From IMG/VR virus record IMGVR_UViG_3300037045_000212, positions 1 through 24,496 of that record: DNA of 24,496 nt; one strand, given 5' to 3'. A program made the translations under genes and the position numbers. The notes beneath the pieces are model-generated. The model was not told the origin of the DNA and searched no databases. It saw nothing but the letters and a program-made list of their open reading frames with translations. This DNA is from a virus (taxonomy: Duplodnaviria > Caudoviricetes). Positions within the stretch are counted from its first letter, which is position 1. Every line of letters starts with the position of its first letter. Below are positions 6,149 through 15,379 of the stretch, piece by piece.

Positions 6149-8303
6149 TTATTTTTCTCCTTCCGATGGATGCATCGCCCCAATCACTCTGGGGAGCTGC
6201 ATCCGATTTGATAATTTCAAGGTATTCCTGCTCTACTTCTTTTGCAGATTTGCCGTACCGACTCATGCTCTCGGCCTTCAGTTCGGCAGGCATTCGGAGT
6301 GCTAGTGGCGGGGGTAATGTTTGGCCTTGTATCCAGCCGGTGTTTCGACCGCCAGATTGAAATGAGGTGTATATCTGGTAACGGGGCAGATTCATAAAGT
6401 CCCGGGTCTCCAGTTCATGCGCCATCGATGCCATATCCCGGGCATCGCCGCCGTTCAGTCCGAAGATAATCTTGTTCCGGGCGTTGGCATCAATTCCGGA
6501 TCGAATGTTTTGTGGTAGCTGATCTCGGTATTGATGGGCCATCGTGATGCCAAGCCCGAGACCGCGTGCCTGAGCCAGCGCATCTGATAGATCGGTGGGA
6601 AGACTCAGGTAATCCTGAAGTTCATCGATAAACACGCTGACAATGTGCCGCTTCTCCGGAGGGATATTGGTACGGGAGAGCGCCAACGTCCAAGTGAGTC
6701 CGACAATCAGACTTCCTAAGAGCCGGGCACTCTCGGAACCAATCACTCCTTTATTGAGCGGAACCAGTATGATCCGACGCTTATAAAAGAGATCAGTCAG
6801 TGCGAACTTGGGATCGCTCTGTCCAAGCACATTACGGAGTCCGGGTCTCAGCAGGAACTGACGCATCTTATTCATGACAGGTGCGATCTCCTGTCGGCGT
6901 TCGGAGTCTTTCATAGCTTCGAAGCTATCCCAGAAGGGTTTTAGGGCGATTCGGTCGTTAACGCGGCTGGTGATTTTCTGACGAAAAGCTTCGTCCGTCA
7001 GGAGGGTCGGTAGCCAAAGAAGTGATGCACCTTCGGCTTCAACCAGCGTCAGTAGCGCTGCGCTTAAGATATCTTGACTGCGAATGCCCCAGTTGTCGGC
7101 AAAAATCTCCTTAAAAACTGCGAGGACGGCGTCCGCAATCAACGCGGGATTGTGATAGTTTTTGAATGCCAGTGGGTTGAAACCAACCGGACTCGGATCG
7201 GAGGGGTCGATGACCACGACCTCATCCGTCCGGGATTCCGGAATACAGGCGAGGATGTCATTTACAAGATCAGCCTTCGGGTCAATGAGAAGAACGCTGC
7301 GTCCGGCCTCTATGTCCGACAAAGCCAGGTGGAGCATGGCTGTAGACTTACCCGTACCGGTTGGGCCAAGAAGGATAGTGTGCTCCAGACTATCCCTGGG
7401 CGAAATGCTAAGCTGTATCCGTTCGGCAGTTCCCGTGCTCATAGCAAAGATTCGAGACTGTGCAGCGCTGGACGGACTTCGATACCACTCCGGTGGCGGC
7501 AGGGCTTTTGGGTGTAAGCCAGCCGTACCTGCCAGTTCCTTATCTCCGGCGGGAAGCAAAAGAAAGTGCGCCAGTTCTTTAACAGATAGTTTGAGCGGAA
7601 AACACCAAGGGATGTGAGCGGTGTTGATATGCTCCGGGTTTTCAGGGTGCGTATAAATACGAACACCGGCGGATTCCAAGGTTTTCAGGGCACTGAGAAT
7701 GCTGTTGATGCGACTAAGTGAACTTCCACTGGCTGAGCCGATCCGTATGGCGACGTGAAAGCCATGCTGATGGGCTTTTTCTTTGATGGCGTACCGGCTT
7801 TCCGGGGAGGCATTGTCGACACCGCCAATGAGAAACTGAAACCACGGGGTGTGAGGGCTTGGAACTCGTTTCGGAACGTCGGTTGGGGCGAATGACCGAC
7901 CAAACACGATCTGAAGCACAGCATCGGAAGGGTTCGCCCCGGAGACAATAGCGGCAAGTCCTGCCCGAATGACAGCCAGAGTGACATCGGTTTTAAGGGA
8001 TAGAACTGGGCGGGATATTTTCAGTTGTCGTACGGTATCGATAGTCTTTCTGGAATCCTCTTTAGCACTGTAAAACTGGACGCGACCGTGTGAACGGAAG
8101 ACCACTTGAATGGCTGGCATATGGCGTCGTTCTGCACCGATAAGATACTGAACACGGCCTTCCGAAGCTCGGACTTCCCAGATAATTGCTCCGCGAGGAA
8201 TCAGGGACGCAAGGTGCGTGAGAAGTTCATAGATCGTCTCAAGTTCAAACGGACGATGCCAGACTACCTCTTTCCAACAGATATCTTCGATTTGTCGTTT
8301 CAT
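6144..8303 (-). CDS. VirD4/TraD-like type IV coupling ATPase (719 aa)
   Basis: Walker A GPTGTGKS, LLIDPKAD, GFNPL, Walker B VFIDELQD, ARGLGL..TMAHQ..QL. No obvious N-terminal TM segment. Confidence 0.9.
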   Translation of the reverse strand: MKRQIEDICWKEVVWHRPFELETIYELLTHLASLIPRGAIIWEVRASEGRVQYLIGAERRHMPAIQVVFRSHGRVQFYSAKEDSRKTIDTVRQLKISRPVLSLKTDVTLAVIRAGLAAIVSGANPSDAVLQIVFGRSFAPTDVPKRVPSPHTPWFQFLIGGVDNASPESRYAIKEKAHQHGFHVAIRIGSASGSSLSRINSILSALKTLESAGVRIYTHPENPEHINTAHIPWCFPLKLSVKELAHFLLLPAGDKELAGTAGLHPKALPPPEWYRSPSSAAQSRIFAMSTGTAERIQLSISPRDSLEHTILLGPTGTGKSTAMLHLALSDIEAGRSVLLIDPKADLVNDILACIPESRTDEVVVIDPSDPSPVGFNPLAFKNYHNPALIADAVLAVFKEIFADNWGIRSQDILSAALLTLVEAEGASLLWLPTLLTDEAFRQKITSRVNDRIALKPFWDSFEAMKDSERRQEIAPVMNKMRQFLLRPGLRNVLGQSDPKFALTDLFYKRRIILVPLNKGVIGSESARLLGSLIVGLTWTLALSRTNIPPEKRHIVSVFIDELQDYLSLPTDLSDALAQARGLGLGITMAHQYRDQLPQNIRSGIDANARNKIIFGLNGGDARDMASMAHELETRDFMNLPRYQIYTSFQSGGRNTGWIQGQTLPPPLALRMPAELKAESMSRYGKSAKEVEQEYLEIIKSDAAPQSDWGDASIGRRKIT

Positions 8304-8325
8304 CGCAGTTGCTCCATTTTACGCA

Positions 8326-8886
8326 TTACTTATTACTCGCTTTAAGTCGTGGAACGGGATAACCCGGAATATCGACATCGGATTCGATCTGATTGCCCCA
8401 TGCATCCCAGCCCGGTTGACTTCGGCGCGCAAACAGCTCCAAGTATGGGCCGGGAGAAACCCGTTCGATGATTGGATATTGTTCCTCAGGCTTGTGACTG
8501 TGATCCTGAAGCGGTGCGAACAGCCAGTTAGGTTGAGCGCGGAATAAAACCGGCGCATTGCCACGGGTTCCGAGCAGGACATGCTCTGTGGCGTTTCGAA
8601 GGTAATTGCCAAGACCAAGGCGAGGCTTAATCCACGTAAACACAGAACGTGGGGTAAAACCCCAAGCTTCCAGTACGTCAAAGCCTTGGCGAAGCGTTGC
8701 ATTTGTCACCCAAAGCCAGCAGTGGGCATCATCTTCGGCCAGATCGGCCACGGGCATGGCTTTGATTTTATCCAGTGTCATTAGATTGTAGTGCATGATC
8801 GCACCGCGATGTCCTTTTTGCTGAATGTCCCAAGGCGGGTCAGCCATGATGGTTTTGTATCGTTTTTTCGTTTGTTTGATCTCCAT
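8326..8886 (-). CDS. MT-A70 family DNA methyltransferase, orphan (186 aa)
   Basis: IMADPPW, LWVTN, WGF, W.K, G.GNYLRNATEH.LLG.RG, HSHKPEE, YLELFAR...GWDAWGNQ. AAAGGAAGG RBS. Confidence 0.93.
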   Translation of the reverse strand: MEIKQTKKRYKTIMADPPWDIQQKGHRGAIMHYNLMTLDKIKAMPVADLAEDDAHCWLWVTNATLRQGFDVLEAWGFTPRSVFTWIKPRLGLGNYLRNATEHVLLGTRGNAPVLFRAQPNWLFAPLQDHSHKPEEQYPIIERVSPGPYLELFARRSQPGWDAWGNQIESDVDIPGYPVPRLKASNK

Positions 8887-9014
8887 TGAACCTTCCTTTC
8901 GTCGCTCGCATTTGATTTGCAGATATTAAAGCTCAGGTCGTATCTCTTTGGGAATAGGTGCGGGTGATCGCTCTCTAAGCGACCGGAAAGCCGTTAACAG
9001 GGGTGAAAAGAGAG

Positions 9015-9044
9015 ATAGTATGCAATAAAAAACGGTGTTGTCAA
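9015..9044 (-). promoter_or_regulatory. Sigma-A/70 promoter for the MTase-T4CP-relaxase operon
   Basis: Minus strand TTGACA (9044-9039) - 18 nt - TACTAT (9020-9015). Confidence 0.65.
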
Positions 9045-9105
9045 ACAGTACGGATGATGCTACACAGTGAGATTTTAAATCACTTAAAGGTCATGATGTG
9101 CGACA

Positions 9106-9291
9106 TTACCATCGGTTAGCAACTCGCCATAAAAGGTACTTGATACCGGCGACTACAACGCTAATGATCACGGACAGCAGCACTAAAACCCACCAGATTT
9201 TCAGAAAGAGCATGACCGCGATGTAGGTCAGAAAGGAAGCAGAAAACACAGTGAATGCAAACCCTATAATTTTGCCTTTCAGTTGCTCCAC
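9106..9291 (-). CDS. Small two-TM membrane protein (61 aa)
   Basis: Long hydrophobic stretch IIGFAF...VVVAGI with a basic C-terminus. GTG start after an AAAAGGAG tract. Co-oriented with the transfer genes. Confidence 0.7.
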   Translation of the reverse strand: MEQLKGKIIGFAFTVFSASFLTYIAVMLFLKIWWVLVLLSVIISVVVAGIKYLLWRVANRW

Positions 9292-9354
9292 CTCCTTTTT
9301 TAGTACTTTGCTCGTTTCTGATCGTTAATCTTGTTAGTGTTTGCGGCCTCAATG

Positions 9355-9645
9355 TTAGGAGGGGCGGTTGCCACGACTGTCATTCATAAATCGTGAGAAT
9401 GCATGTTCCGGCTTTTCTACAGGCTTTGAATACCTTTTGGACTCATAAGATGTCTGGATCAAATCTTTGTAAGTCTTTAAAACGGCATAATTCATACTGA
9501 CGTACTCAGAGGCAAAATCGTAAAGAGGAGAATACGGTTCGTTTCTGATTTCGATGGTTTGTTTCTTGGTTTTTTCAGACGTTGTAATGAGGTAAACAAG
9601 TGCCGAGATACAGGCGAGCAATACGATGATTAACAGAGTCATCAT
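9355..9645 (-). CDS. Small N-terminally anchored membrane protein (96 aa)
   Basis: TM segment LLIIVLLACISALVYLI. Start revised to ATG 9645 with GGAGGTG RBS. Confidence 0.7.
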   Translation of the reverse strand: MMTLLIIVLLACISALVYLITTSEKTKKQTIEIRNEPYSPLYDFASEYVSMNYAVLKTYKDLIQTSYESKRYSKPVEKPEHAFSRFMNDSRGNRPS

Positions 9646-9647
9646 TG

Positions 9648-9941
9648 CTACCACCTCCAAATCTTCATCGCAGCCCCTGATGCGAAGGCTTCGATAATTT
9701 GTCGGTATTGCTTCTCGCCACCTGGCGCAATGCTGAGCAAGTGCTCTTCGAACGCTGATAGGGCGCCTAAGTTATCCAGGGCCGTTTTTGCTAGAATGGA
9801 TCGGCACTGTTCATGGAAGATTGAAGCAACCAGTGCATTTGTGCCTTGCTGTTCTTGAGTGAGAACAAGGTGATTGTTGAGGGTTGAATTGGTAGCAGGA
9901 TAGTACTTTTGTCGATTGGTTGTGCTGAGCTGGTTTCTCAT
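9648..9941 (-). CDS. Hypothetical protein, first gene of the leftward operon (97 aa)
   Basis: Strong AGGAGGTG RBS; stop abuts the next start. Confidence 0.75.
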   Translation of the reverse strand: MRNQLSTTNRQKYYPATNSTLNNHLVLTQEQQGTNALVASIFHEQCRSILAKTALDNLGALSAFEEHLLSIAPGGEKQYRQIIEAFASGAAMKIWRW

Positions 9942-9980
9942 GATGACACCTCCTGATAGTTGGCTGTTCTGTAGGGGTTG

Positions 9981-9994
9981 ATAGATATATCTAT
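9981..9994. promoter_or_regulatory. 14-bp perfect palindrome ATAGATATATCTAT, candidate operator
   Basis: Lies 40 nt upstream of the leftward operon start, in the divergent intergenic region. Confidence 0.45.
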
Positions 9995-10049
9995 TGAGGC
10001 TAGTCTACTGCGCAGACGACATAGGTAGTGAAAAACGGAACAAAATCGG

Positions 10050-10080
10050 AAAAAGAAAAAAGCCCGCGATATTCGCGGAC
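10050..10080 (-). terminator. Minus-strand intrinsic terminator upstream of the transfer operon
   Basis: Minus strand GTCCGCGA-ATA-TCGCGGGC-TTTTTTCTTTTT. Confidence 0.7.
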
Positions 10081-10115
10081 TGGCATAGGATTGATATGGA
10101 GATTTTTCCTAGAAA

Positions 10116-10144
10116 TAGACAGGTGAATCTATCTGGAATATAAT
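10116..10144 (+). promoter_or_regulatory. Sigma-A/70 promoter for the rightward cargo genes
   Basis: TAGACA (10116-10121) - 17 nt - TATAAT (10139-10144). Confidence 0.75.
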
Positions 10145-10236
10145 GTTGATAAATGCAGTCTTAGTAATTCCATGTACAGTATTTGCGATGTGTCTACATT
10201 TCCCCAACTCGATTACACGAAGTGAGGTGCGACATA

Positions 10237-11184
10237 ATGGAATCAAAATTCAGGACGGATGACCTAATAGCAGATCTCTCCTACATGAGAAAAAGTGAAG
10301 GTTTCAAGGCGAGCCGTATTCATCAAGCTAGTAGCCTTTTGGATATAATCGGCGGGAAAAATCAAATATTTGAAGCAATCCAGGTACGCTTTACTTCAGC
10401 TATTCATTCATTGTCAGACAAAGAGAACGCAGAAGCGCTATTGGCAGCTTACGGCCTTTTACCCGGCTATGAAAACATTAAGCTATTGAAAGACCGACGC
10501 GCTAAATACAGCTTGAAAGTAAATAGAAAGTACGACACTCTTTCCGACCGAGAGGATGCGGCAATTGAGGAATTGGCTGTTCGATTATTGACAGCGTATT
10601 ATTCAGGAGCGCCACTGCCCGCTGAATTGCCCATGCCCCACGGAGGTTACTTGCTAACAGATTTAAAAGTTACGACGATGATTGAGGACTGTCGATTTGT
10701 TAAGCATGAGCAACATCGACGGATTATCCCCCTCGCCGGTTCCGCGAATAGCTTTAAGTACCATAACAATCGTCGGACGAAGCTTATCCCTATTGGCAGG
10801 GTTACGGTAACCACAAAATATGTAGAGAATGGAACGCTTCATGAATTGCACTTTCCAAAAGAGGTGCTGCGTGGACATGCATACACTTTCGGTTTTCAAG
10901 AAATACTGGAAGAGCCCGAACAATTGCCAGAGGAGCTTATCAAAGATTTTGCAGGCCAATCTTTTGAAACACCTTCGCTGGGATTTACTCAAACTGTTAT
11001 TTTCAGTGGTGCAAAACCTGCAGTCATCTGGTCGTACGACAAACTCTCAAGAATCGAACGCCCCGGTGAACCAACTAATGAAAATATTCTAACTCTTAAC
11101 AACGACGGAGTAGCACAAAAAGAGTTTTTCCAGCAATACGGCGGGCTTCATTCTGGTATCGCTTGGCGTTGGAAACTTGAATAG
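10237..11184 (+). CDS. Hypothetical protein, putative regulator (helical N-domain + beta-rich C-domain; 315 aa)
   Basis: Start revised to ATG 10237 (GAGGTG RBS). Basic helical segment LKDRRAKY...YDTLSDRED. Beta-strand-like C-domain ending GIAWRW. Divergent from the transfer operon. Function is inference. Confidence 0.7.
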   Translation: MESKFRTDDLIADLSYMRKSEGFKASRIHQASSLLDIIGGKNQIFEAIQVRFTSAIHSLSDKENAEALLAAYGLLPGYENIKLLKDRRAKYSLKVNRKYDTLSDREDAAIEELAVRLLTAYYSGAPLPAELPMPHGGYLLTDLKVTTMIEDCRFVKHEQHRRIIPLAGSANSFKYHNNRRTKLIPIGRVTVTTKYVENGTLHELHFPKEVLRGHAYTFGFQEILEEPEQLPEELIKDFAGQSFETPSLGFTQTVIFSGAKPAVIWSYDKLSRIERPGEPTNENILTLNNDGVAQKEFFQQYGGLHSGIAWRWKLE

Positions 11185-11279
11185 ATGAACTTGAGAAATA
11201 CTTATGAAGTAATGATAAACTTGATAGCATATGGGAAATATCGGAATGCTATAGAATGAAATAAAGGGGGTACGCTGAA

Positions 11280-13403
11280 ATGATATTAAATGAAGTAGTC
11301 ATCCAGAATTACAGGAAGTTTGTTAATACGTCGTTGTCGCTGACTAATGACATTACTCTTCTGGCCGGTGCGAATAACAGCGGAAAAACTTCATTGATAG
11401 ATCTACTCGTATGTATTTTAGAATCTGGTAAATGTACTTATGATATTTCAGATATACCTGTTGCAGTAGCAAAAGACTGGGTTGATAAAGCGTATCCGGT
11501 ATTTAGTGAGTGCTTTGATAAAAACATAAGTAAGGATGAAACAATCAAAGATATTGTCAACAAACTCTTTTCACTTGAGCCGCCGACACCAGAATCAAAT
11601 TTACTTATACCACCGACTTTGGTTAAATTCAAAATTGACTATTTCCCGGACGATGACATCAGAAATTTCGCTAATTACATAATGGATCTTGATCCTACGA
11701 AGCGTTCTTTTTACTTTATATACTCCTTTCACATAACGCCGACATCTTTTGGTGGAATTCTTGAAAAAGAGTTCGACAAACTGATAAGTAGATACGAGAA
11801 AACAAAAAATAATGGTAGTGATCCGACAACAGTCAATTTACTAAAACAAAAAATACTGTGTTCTTATGCCGCAAGCATTGTTGAAGAATGTTACTACACT
11901 GATAGTGAAACCTATTCATTGGATTTTATTGAGTTGGCTTATCATGCTGGTGGTGCCGTCCAAAATCTAAATAAAATTGAATTGCCGGATTTTAGGGCAT
12001 TATTTAACTTCCGCAATATTCATGCCGGAAGGCCGCTTGATGATCAGGGAAATGGCAGGTCAAGAAGCTTAAGCAGGAGTATGATTGAATTGGCAGGTCA
12101 CGATGATAGTTGGAAGACAAAGATTGGAGCACTGCCGGATCAATTCTTACAGCCTATTGAAGACGCACAGATTACTGCTGTTGTTAGAAAAGCATCTGTT
12201 GATGGACTCAGCGAAGCAATCAAAACTATAGCGAAAGCAAATGGCGGTCATACTGGCGAGATGATTCTTGATATTGATATATCAGAGGATGCAATTAGTG
12301 GCCTGATAAGCCAGATAACGAATGCGAAGTATCAAATTGATGGTCATTTTCTTAATGAAGCTTCCCAAGGATTAGGATATAGCAATATGATTTTCATACT
12401 CCTACAGCTTGAAAAATACAAAAAAGGAATTAATCCGCTGCTTGTAAATCTATTTATTATTGAAGAACCGGAATCACATATGCATCCACAAATGCAGAAT
12501 GTGTTTGGAAAATATCTCCGCACGTATCATCAAGAGAAAAAAATACAAGGTCTTATAACCACACATTCCGGCGAAATGGTGAGAGTTACCGATATGAAAA
12601 ATTTAAGGGTTGCTCGTCCTCTTGGATTTTTTGAGGTCGTCATCCTTGATTTTTCTGCCTTCAAGGAAAAAATCAGCGGTGATTCTGTCCTTGATAACTT
12701 TTACGATTGGTTTTATGAGATAGGTTTTTCGGATATAGTTTTCGCCGACAGGGTAGTTCTTTATGAGGGTGACACAGAACGGATGCTGATTAGGAAGCTA
12801 TCTACATTCGATAAATTTCAGAAATTGAATAACTTATATATTGCATTTGTTCAAGTTGGTGGGGCTTATGCGTATAACTACAGGAGCCTTATTGAGTTCT
12901 TGAATATTAAAACGCTAATATTAACAGATCTAGATTATAGTAAAGATGCTGTAACCGAAGTAGCAGTGAAGGCATCGAATACAACAAATGCTACTATCGT
13001 GAATTTTTATAGGATCGCGAATCATGGAACCACGCCTACAGTTTCCGATTTGTATCAATGGAAAACAGATGGCGGAAATATACTGTTTGATGGCTGTGCA
13101 TATTTGAGCTTTCAAGGAAAAGACGACCGATTTGCACGAACTATGGAAGAGGCTATGCTTGCCAACCATTATGCTATTAATGCATACGATGAAAAAAGTA
13201 AAGAATCTTGGACTGAATTAAGGAAGAAGGATAACTTAAAGTACACCATACCACAGAGCCCAGGCAACTACAGTATTAGAGATATTGTGGTTCATACATC
13301 GAACGGGAAAACAGACTTTATGTACTCGGTTATATTAAATAACCTTACGGAGCAAATGCTGCCTGGGTATATCGAGGAGGGTTTGGTATGGCTGATGCAG
13401 TGA
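11280..13403 (+). CDS. gajA: OLD-family ABC-ATPase/TOPRIM nuclease, Gabija GajA-like (707 aa)
   Basis: Walker A GANNSGKT, signature SQGLG, Walker B IIEEPESHMHP, H-loop TTHS, TOPRIM YEGDTE and TDLD. Overlaps a UvrD gene. Confidence 0.88.
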   Translation: MILNEVVIQNYRKFVNTSLSLTNDITLLAGANNSGKTSLIDLLVCILESGKCTYDISDIPVAVAKDWVDKAYPVFSECFDKNISKDETIKDIVNKLFSLEPPTPESNLLIPPTLVKFKIDYFPDDDIRNFANYIMDLDPTKRSFYFIYSFHITPTSFGGILEKEFDKLISRYEKTKNNGSDPTTVNLLKQKILCSYAASIVEECYYTDSETYSLDFIELAYHAGGAVQNLNKIELPDFRALFNFRNIHAGRPLDDQGNGRSRSLSRSMIELAGHDDSWKTKIGALPDQFLQPIEDAQITAVVRKASVDGLSEAIKTIAKANGGHTGEMILDIDISEDAISGLISQITNAKYQIDGHFLNEASQGLGYSNMIFILLQLEKYKKGINPLLVNLFIIEEPESHMHPQMQNVFGKYLRTYHQEKKIQGLITTHSGEMVRVTDMKNLRVARPLGFFEVVILDFSAFKEKISGDSVLDNFYDWFYEIGFSDIVFADRVVLYEGDTERMLIRKLSTFDKFQKLNNLYIAFVQVGGAYAYNYRSLIEFLNIKTLILTDLDYSKDAVTEVAVKASNTTNATIVNFYRIANHGTTPTVSDLYQWKTDGGNILFDGCAYLSFQGKDDRFARTMEEAMLANHYAINAYDEKSKESWTELRKKDNLKYTIPQSPGNYSIRDIVVHTSNGKTDFMYSVILNNLTEQMLPGYIEEGLVWLMQ

Positions 13404-15343
13404 TTGAAAATATCTTTCTCGTAAATGCACCGGCAGGTAGTGGAAAAACGACAAGAATAAAATCCATGATCGTCAACCATTTAATTGCCAACCCCAATGA
13501 CAATATCCTTTGTATTACATATACAAACAGGGCTGCCGATGAACTAAAAAAAGGTCTAACTACCGACAAGGCGTTTATTGGCACAATCCACGCCTTTCTT
13601 CGTAGTTTTATCGGAGTCTATTTTTCTCAAAGACAAATCATCGAATTGTATTTCGAAACTTACGGAGATGCAATCCAGAATAGAATTGCAAATACAGCTA
13701 GCGACGCAAATTTTACAAGAAGTAATGATAAGTACATAGAGAAATATGGATCGCTGACTTACGATATGGTGCGTCAAAATATTAAAGCAATCTCATATAA
13801 CGAGATGCAGTTTAATTCATTGTATTATGGTGGGCTTTCTCATGACGACTTAATCTCTTTTGCAAAGCTTGTTTTTGACAAGTTTCCTGTAATACGAAAA
13901 AGACTAACGCAAAGATACCAAACCATTTTTATTGATGAATATCAGGATTCTTCCGCAAGTGTATTGAAGGTGTTCTATGATGCGGTCTGCGAAACATCTA
14001 CACGTTTGTATTTTCTTGGTGACAAAATGCAACAAATATACAAGAACTATGACGGATCATTTGAAGAAAAGTTTCCAACTCTAAATAAGTCCATTGTTCT
14101 GTATATTAATCACCGCTCCATACCCAAGATTATCGACATTCTAAATAATCTATATAATGATGACTTATACAAACAGAATCCAACGATGGGAAAGGTCTAT
14201 CCTGAGCCGGATCACATGCCGCGCGTAATAATCTGTGATGATATTCCCGGAAAACTTGCTTCAGAAAAGGTCAAATTCCCTGATGGGTTGGAACTATATC
14301 TGCTCAACCAGAAGAGGTTTGATGCGATTGGAGCTAGCAGTCTCTATAGGCAGTTAGGTCGGATGGAAAAATACTCATTCGTGAGTAAATACGGCGCAGC
14401 TGATGTACTGACGGATAGCTCAGATGAGAATGTTGATATCCTTATGAAACTGTTATTCTCGGTAAATCAAATGGCTCGGTTTTATGAGAATGGAAATTTT
14501 GGCGGCATTGTTCAACTGTTAAAGAAAAGCTCAAAGATTTACGCAAAAGAATCTGTTACAGTAACTCGACATGAAGACAAAGAGCGGATGAGCGGTCTAT
14601 TAAAAACGGTTATAGATAAATACGATGATGTTGGTCAGCAATATACGATAAGCGAAGTGATCAATTCCCTGAAAGAAACAGGGCTAGCAAGATCAGAGTA
14701 TATTGACGCGATTACTGAAACTGGCGAATACACTGATGTTCTCTCAGTAAAGATATGCGAATTCAAAGCGATTGCCGATTATTTACTTATGCCAAATATC
14801 TCAACTCAACATGGCGTTAAAGGCGAAAGCCACGATACGGTGTTTTTCATCGCGGAAGATAGCAAAAATACACCCGTAGTTCATATGTATCCATTCTTTG
14901 AATTATGGAGCACTACGGATATTTCATTAAACTCGTTCGAAACATTCTATTATGAATACTCAAAATGGATATATGAAACAATCGATTTCTTAGGCTTTAA
15001 GTTGTCTGATATAAACAGTCCACTGCGTACTCAACATGATCAATATCTAAAAACAAGAATTCTCGAGTTGATTGACCGATTCAAGGACGATCTAATATTT
15101 AATCAGTTATGCAAGCCGACATACGATACGTACTTGGCGAAATCTACTGTAGGAAATGCAAAAGATTGCTTTAAAGAGAGTCAAGTGTATGGCGCCTTAT
15201 GTGCATATCGATTATTCTATGTTGGATGTTCACGGGCGCGACGAAATCTTACGGTACTTATTGATAAGAACAAAATCAGTGGCTACTCAGATAAGTTAGT
15301 TGAAAAATTCACATCAACAGGATTTGTCGTAGAACGTATTTGA
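13388..15343 (+). CDS. gajB: UvrD/SF1A helicase, Gabija GajB-like (651 aa)
   Basis: APAGSGKTT, ITYTNRA, TIHAF, IDEYQD, GDKMQQIY, NHRS, TQHGVKGES, YVGCSRAR. 16-nt overlap with the OLD nuclease; GAGGAGG RBS. Confidence 0.88.
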   Translation: MADAVIENIFLVNAPAGSGKTTRIKSMIVNHLIANPNDNILCITYTNRAADELKKGLTTDKAFIGTIHAFLRSFIGVYFSQRQIIELYFETYGDAIQNRIANTASDANFTRSNDKYIEKYGSLTYDMVRQNIKAISYNEMQFNSLYYGGLSHDDLISFAKLVFDKFPVIRKRLTQRYQTIFIDEYQDSSASVLKVFYDAVCETSTRLYFLGDKMQQIYKNYDGSFEEKFPTLNKSIVLYINHRSIPKIIDILNNLYNDDLYKQNPTMGKVYPEPDHMPRVIICDDIPGKLASEKVKFPDGLELYLLNQKRFDAIGASSLYRQLGRMEKYSFVSKYGAADVLTDSSDENVDILMKLLFSVNQMARFYENGNFGGIVQLLKKSSKIYAKESVTVTRHEDKERMSGLLKTVIDKYDDVGQQYTISEVINSLKETGLARSEYIDAITETGEYTDVLSVKICEFKAIADYLLMPNISTQHGVKGESHDTVFFIAEDSKNTPVVHMYPFFELWSTTDISLNSFETFYYEYSKWIYETIDFLGFKLSDINSPLRTQHDQYLKTRILELIDRFKDDLIFNQLCKPTYDTYLAKSTVGNAKDCFKESQVYGALCAYRLFYVGCSRARRNLTVLIDKNKISGYSDKLVEKFTSTGFVVERI

Positions 15344-15379
15344 TAATGAGTTAAAATACTCAAGTGGGGATGAGTTTAA

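Noticed and set aside
3735-9352. Short ORFs overlapping the mobility genes (e.g. 3735..3995, 5641..5937, 7074..7517, 7162..7617, 7685..7987, 8319..8702, 9161..9352)
   Set aside because: Shadow ORFs, expected in the higher-GC module.
390-9941. Prophage or self-transmissible ICE
   Set aside because: No terminase, capsid or tail genes and no VirB4/mating-pore genes between the att sites.
15341-15349. Selenocysteine read-through of the gajB TGA into the HEPN-like gene
   Set aside because: TGA is followed at once by in-frame TAA and TGA; no SECIS-like hairpin.
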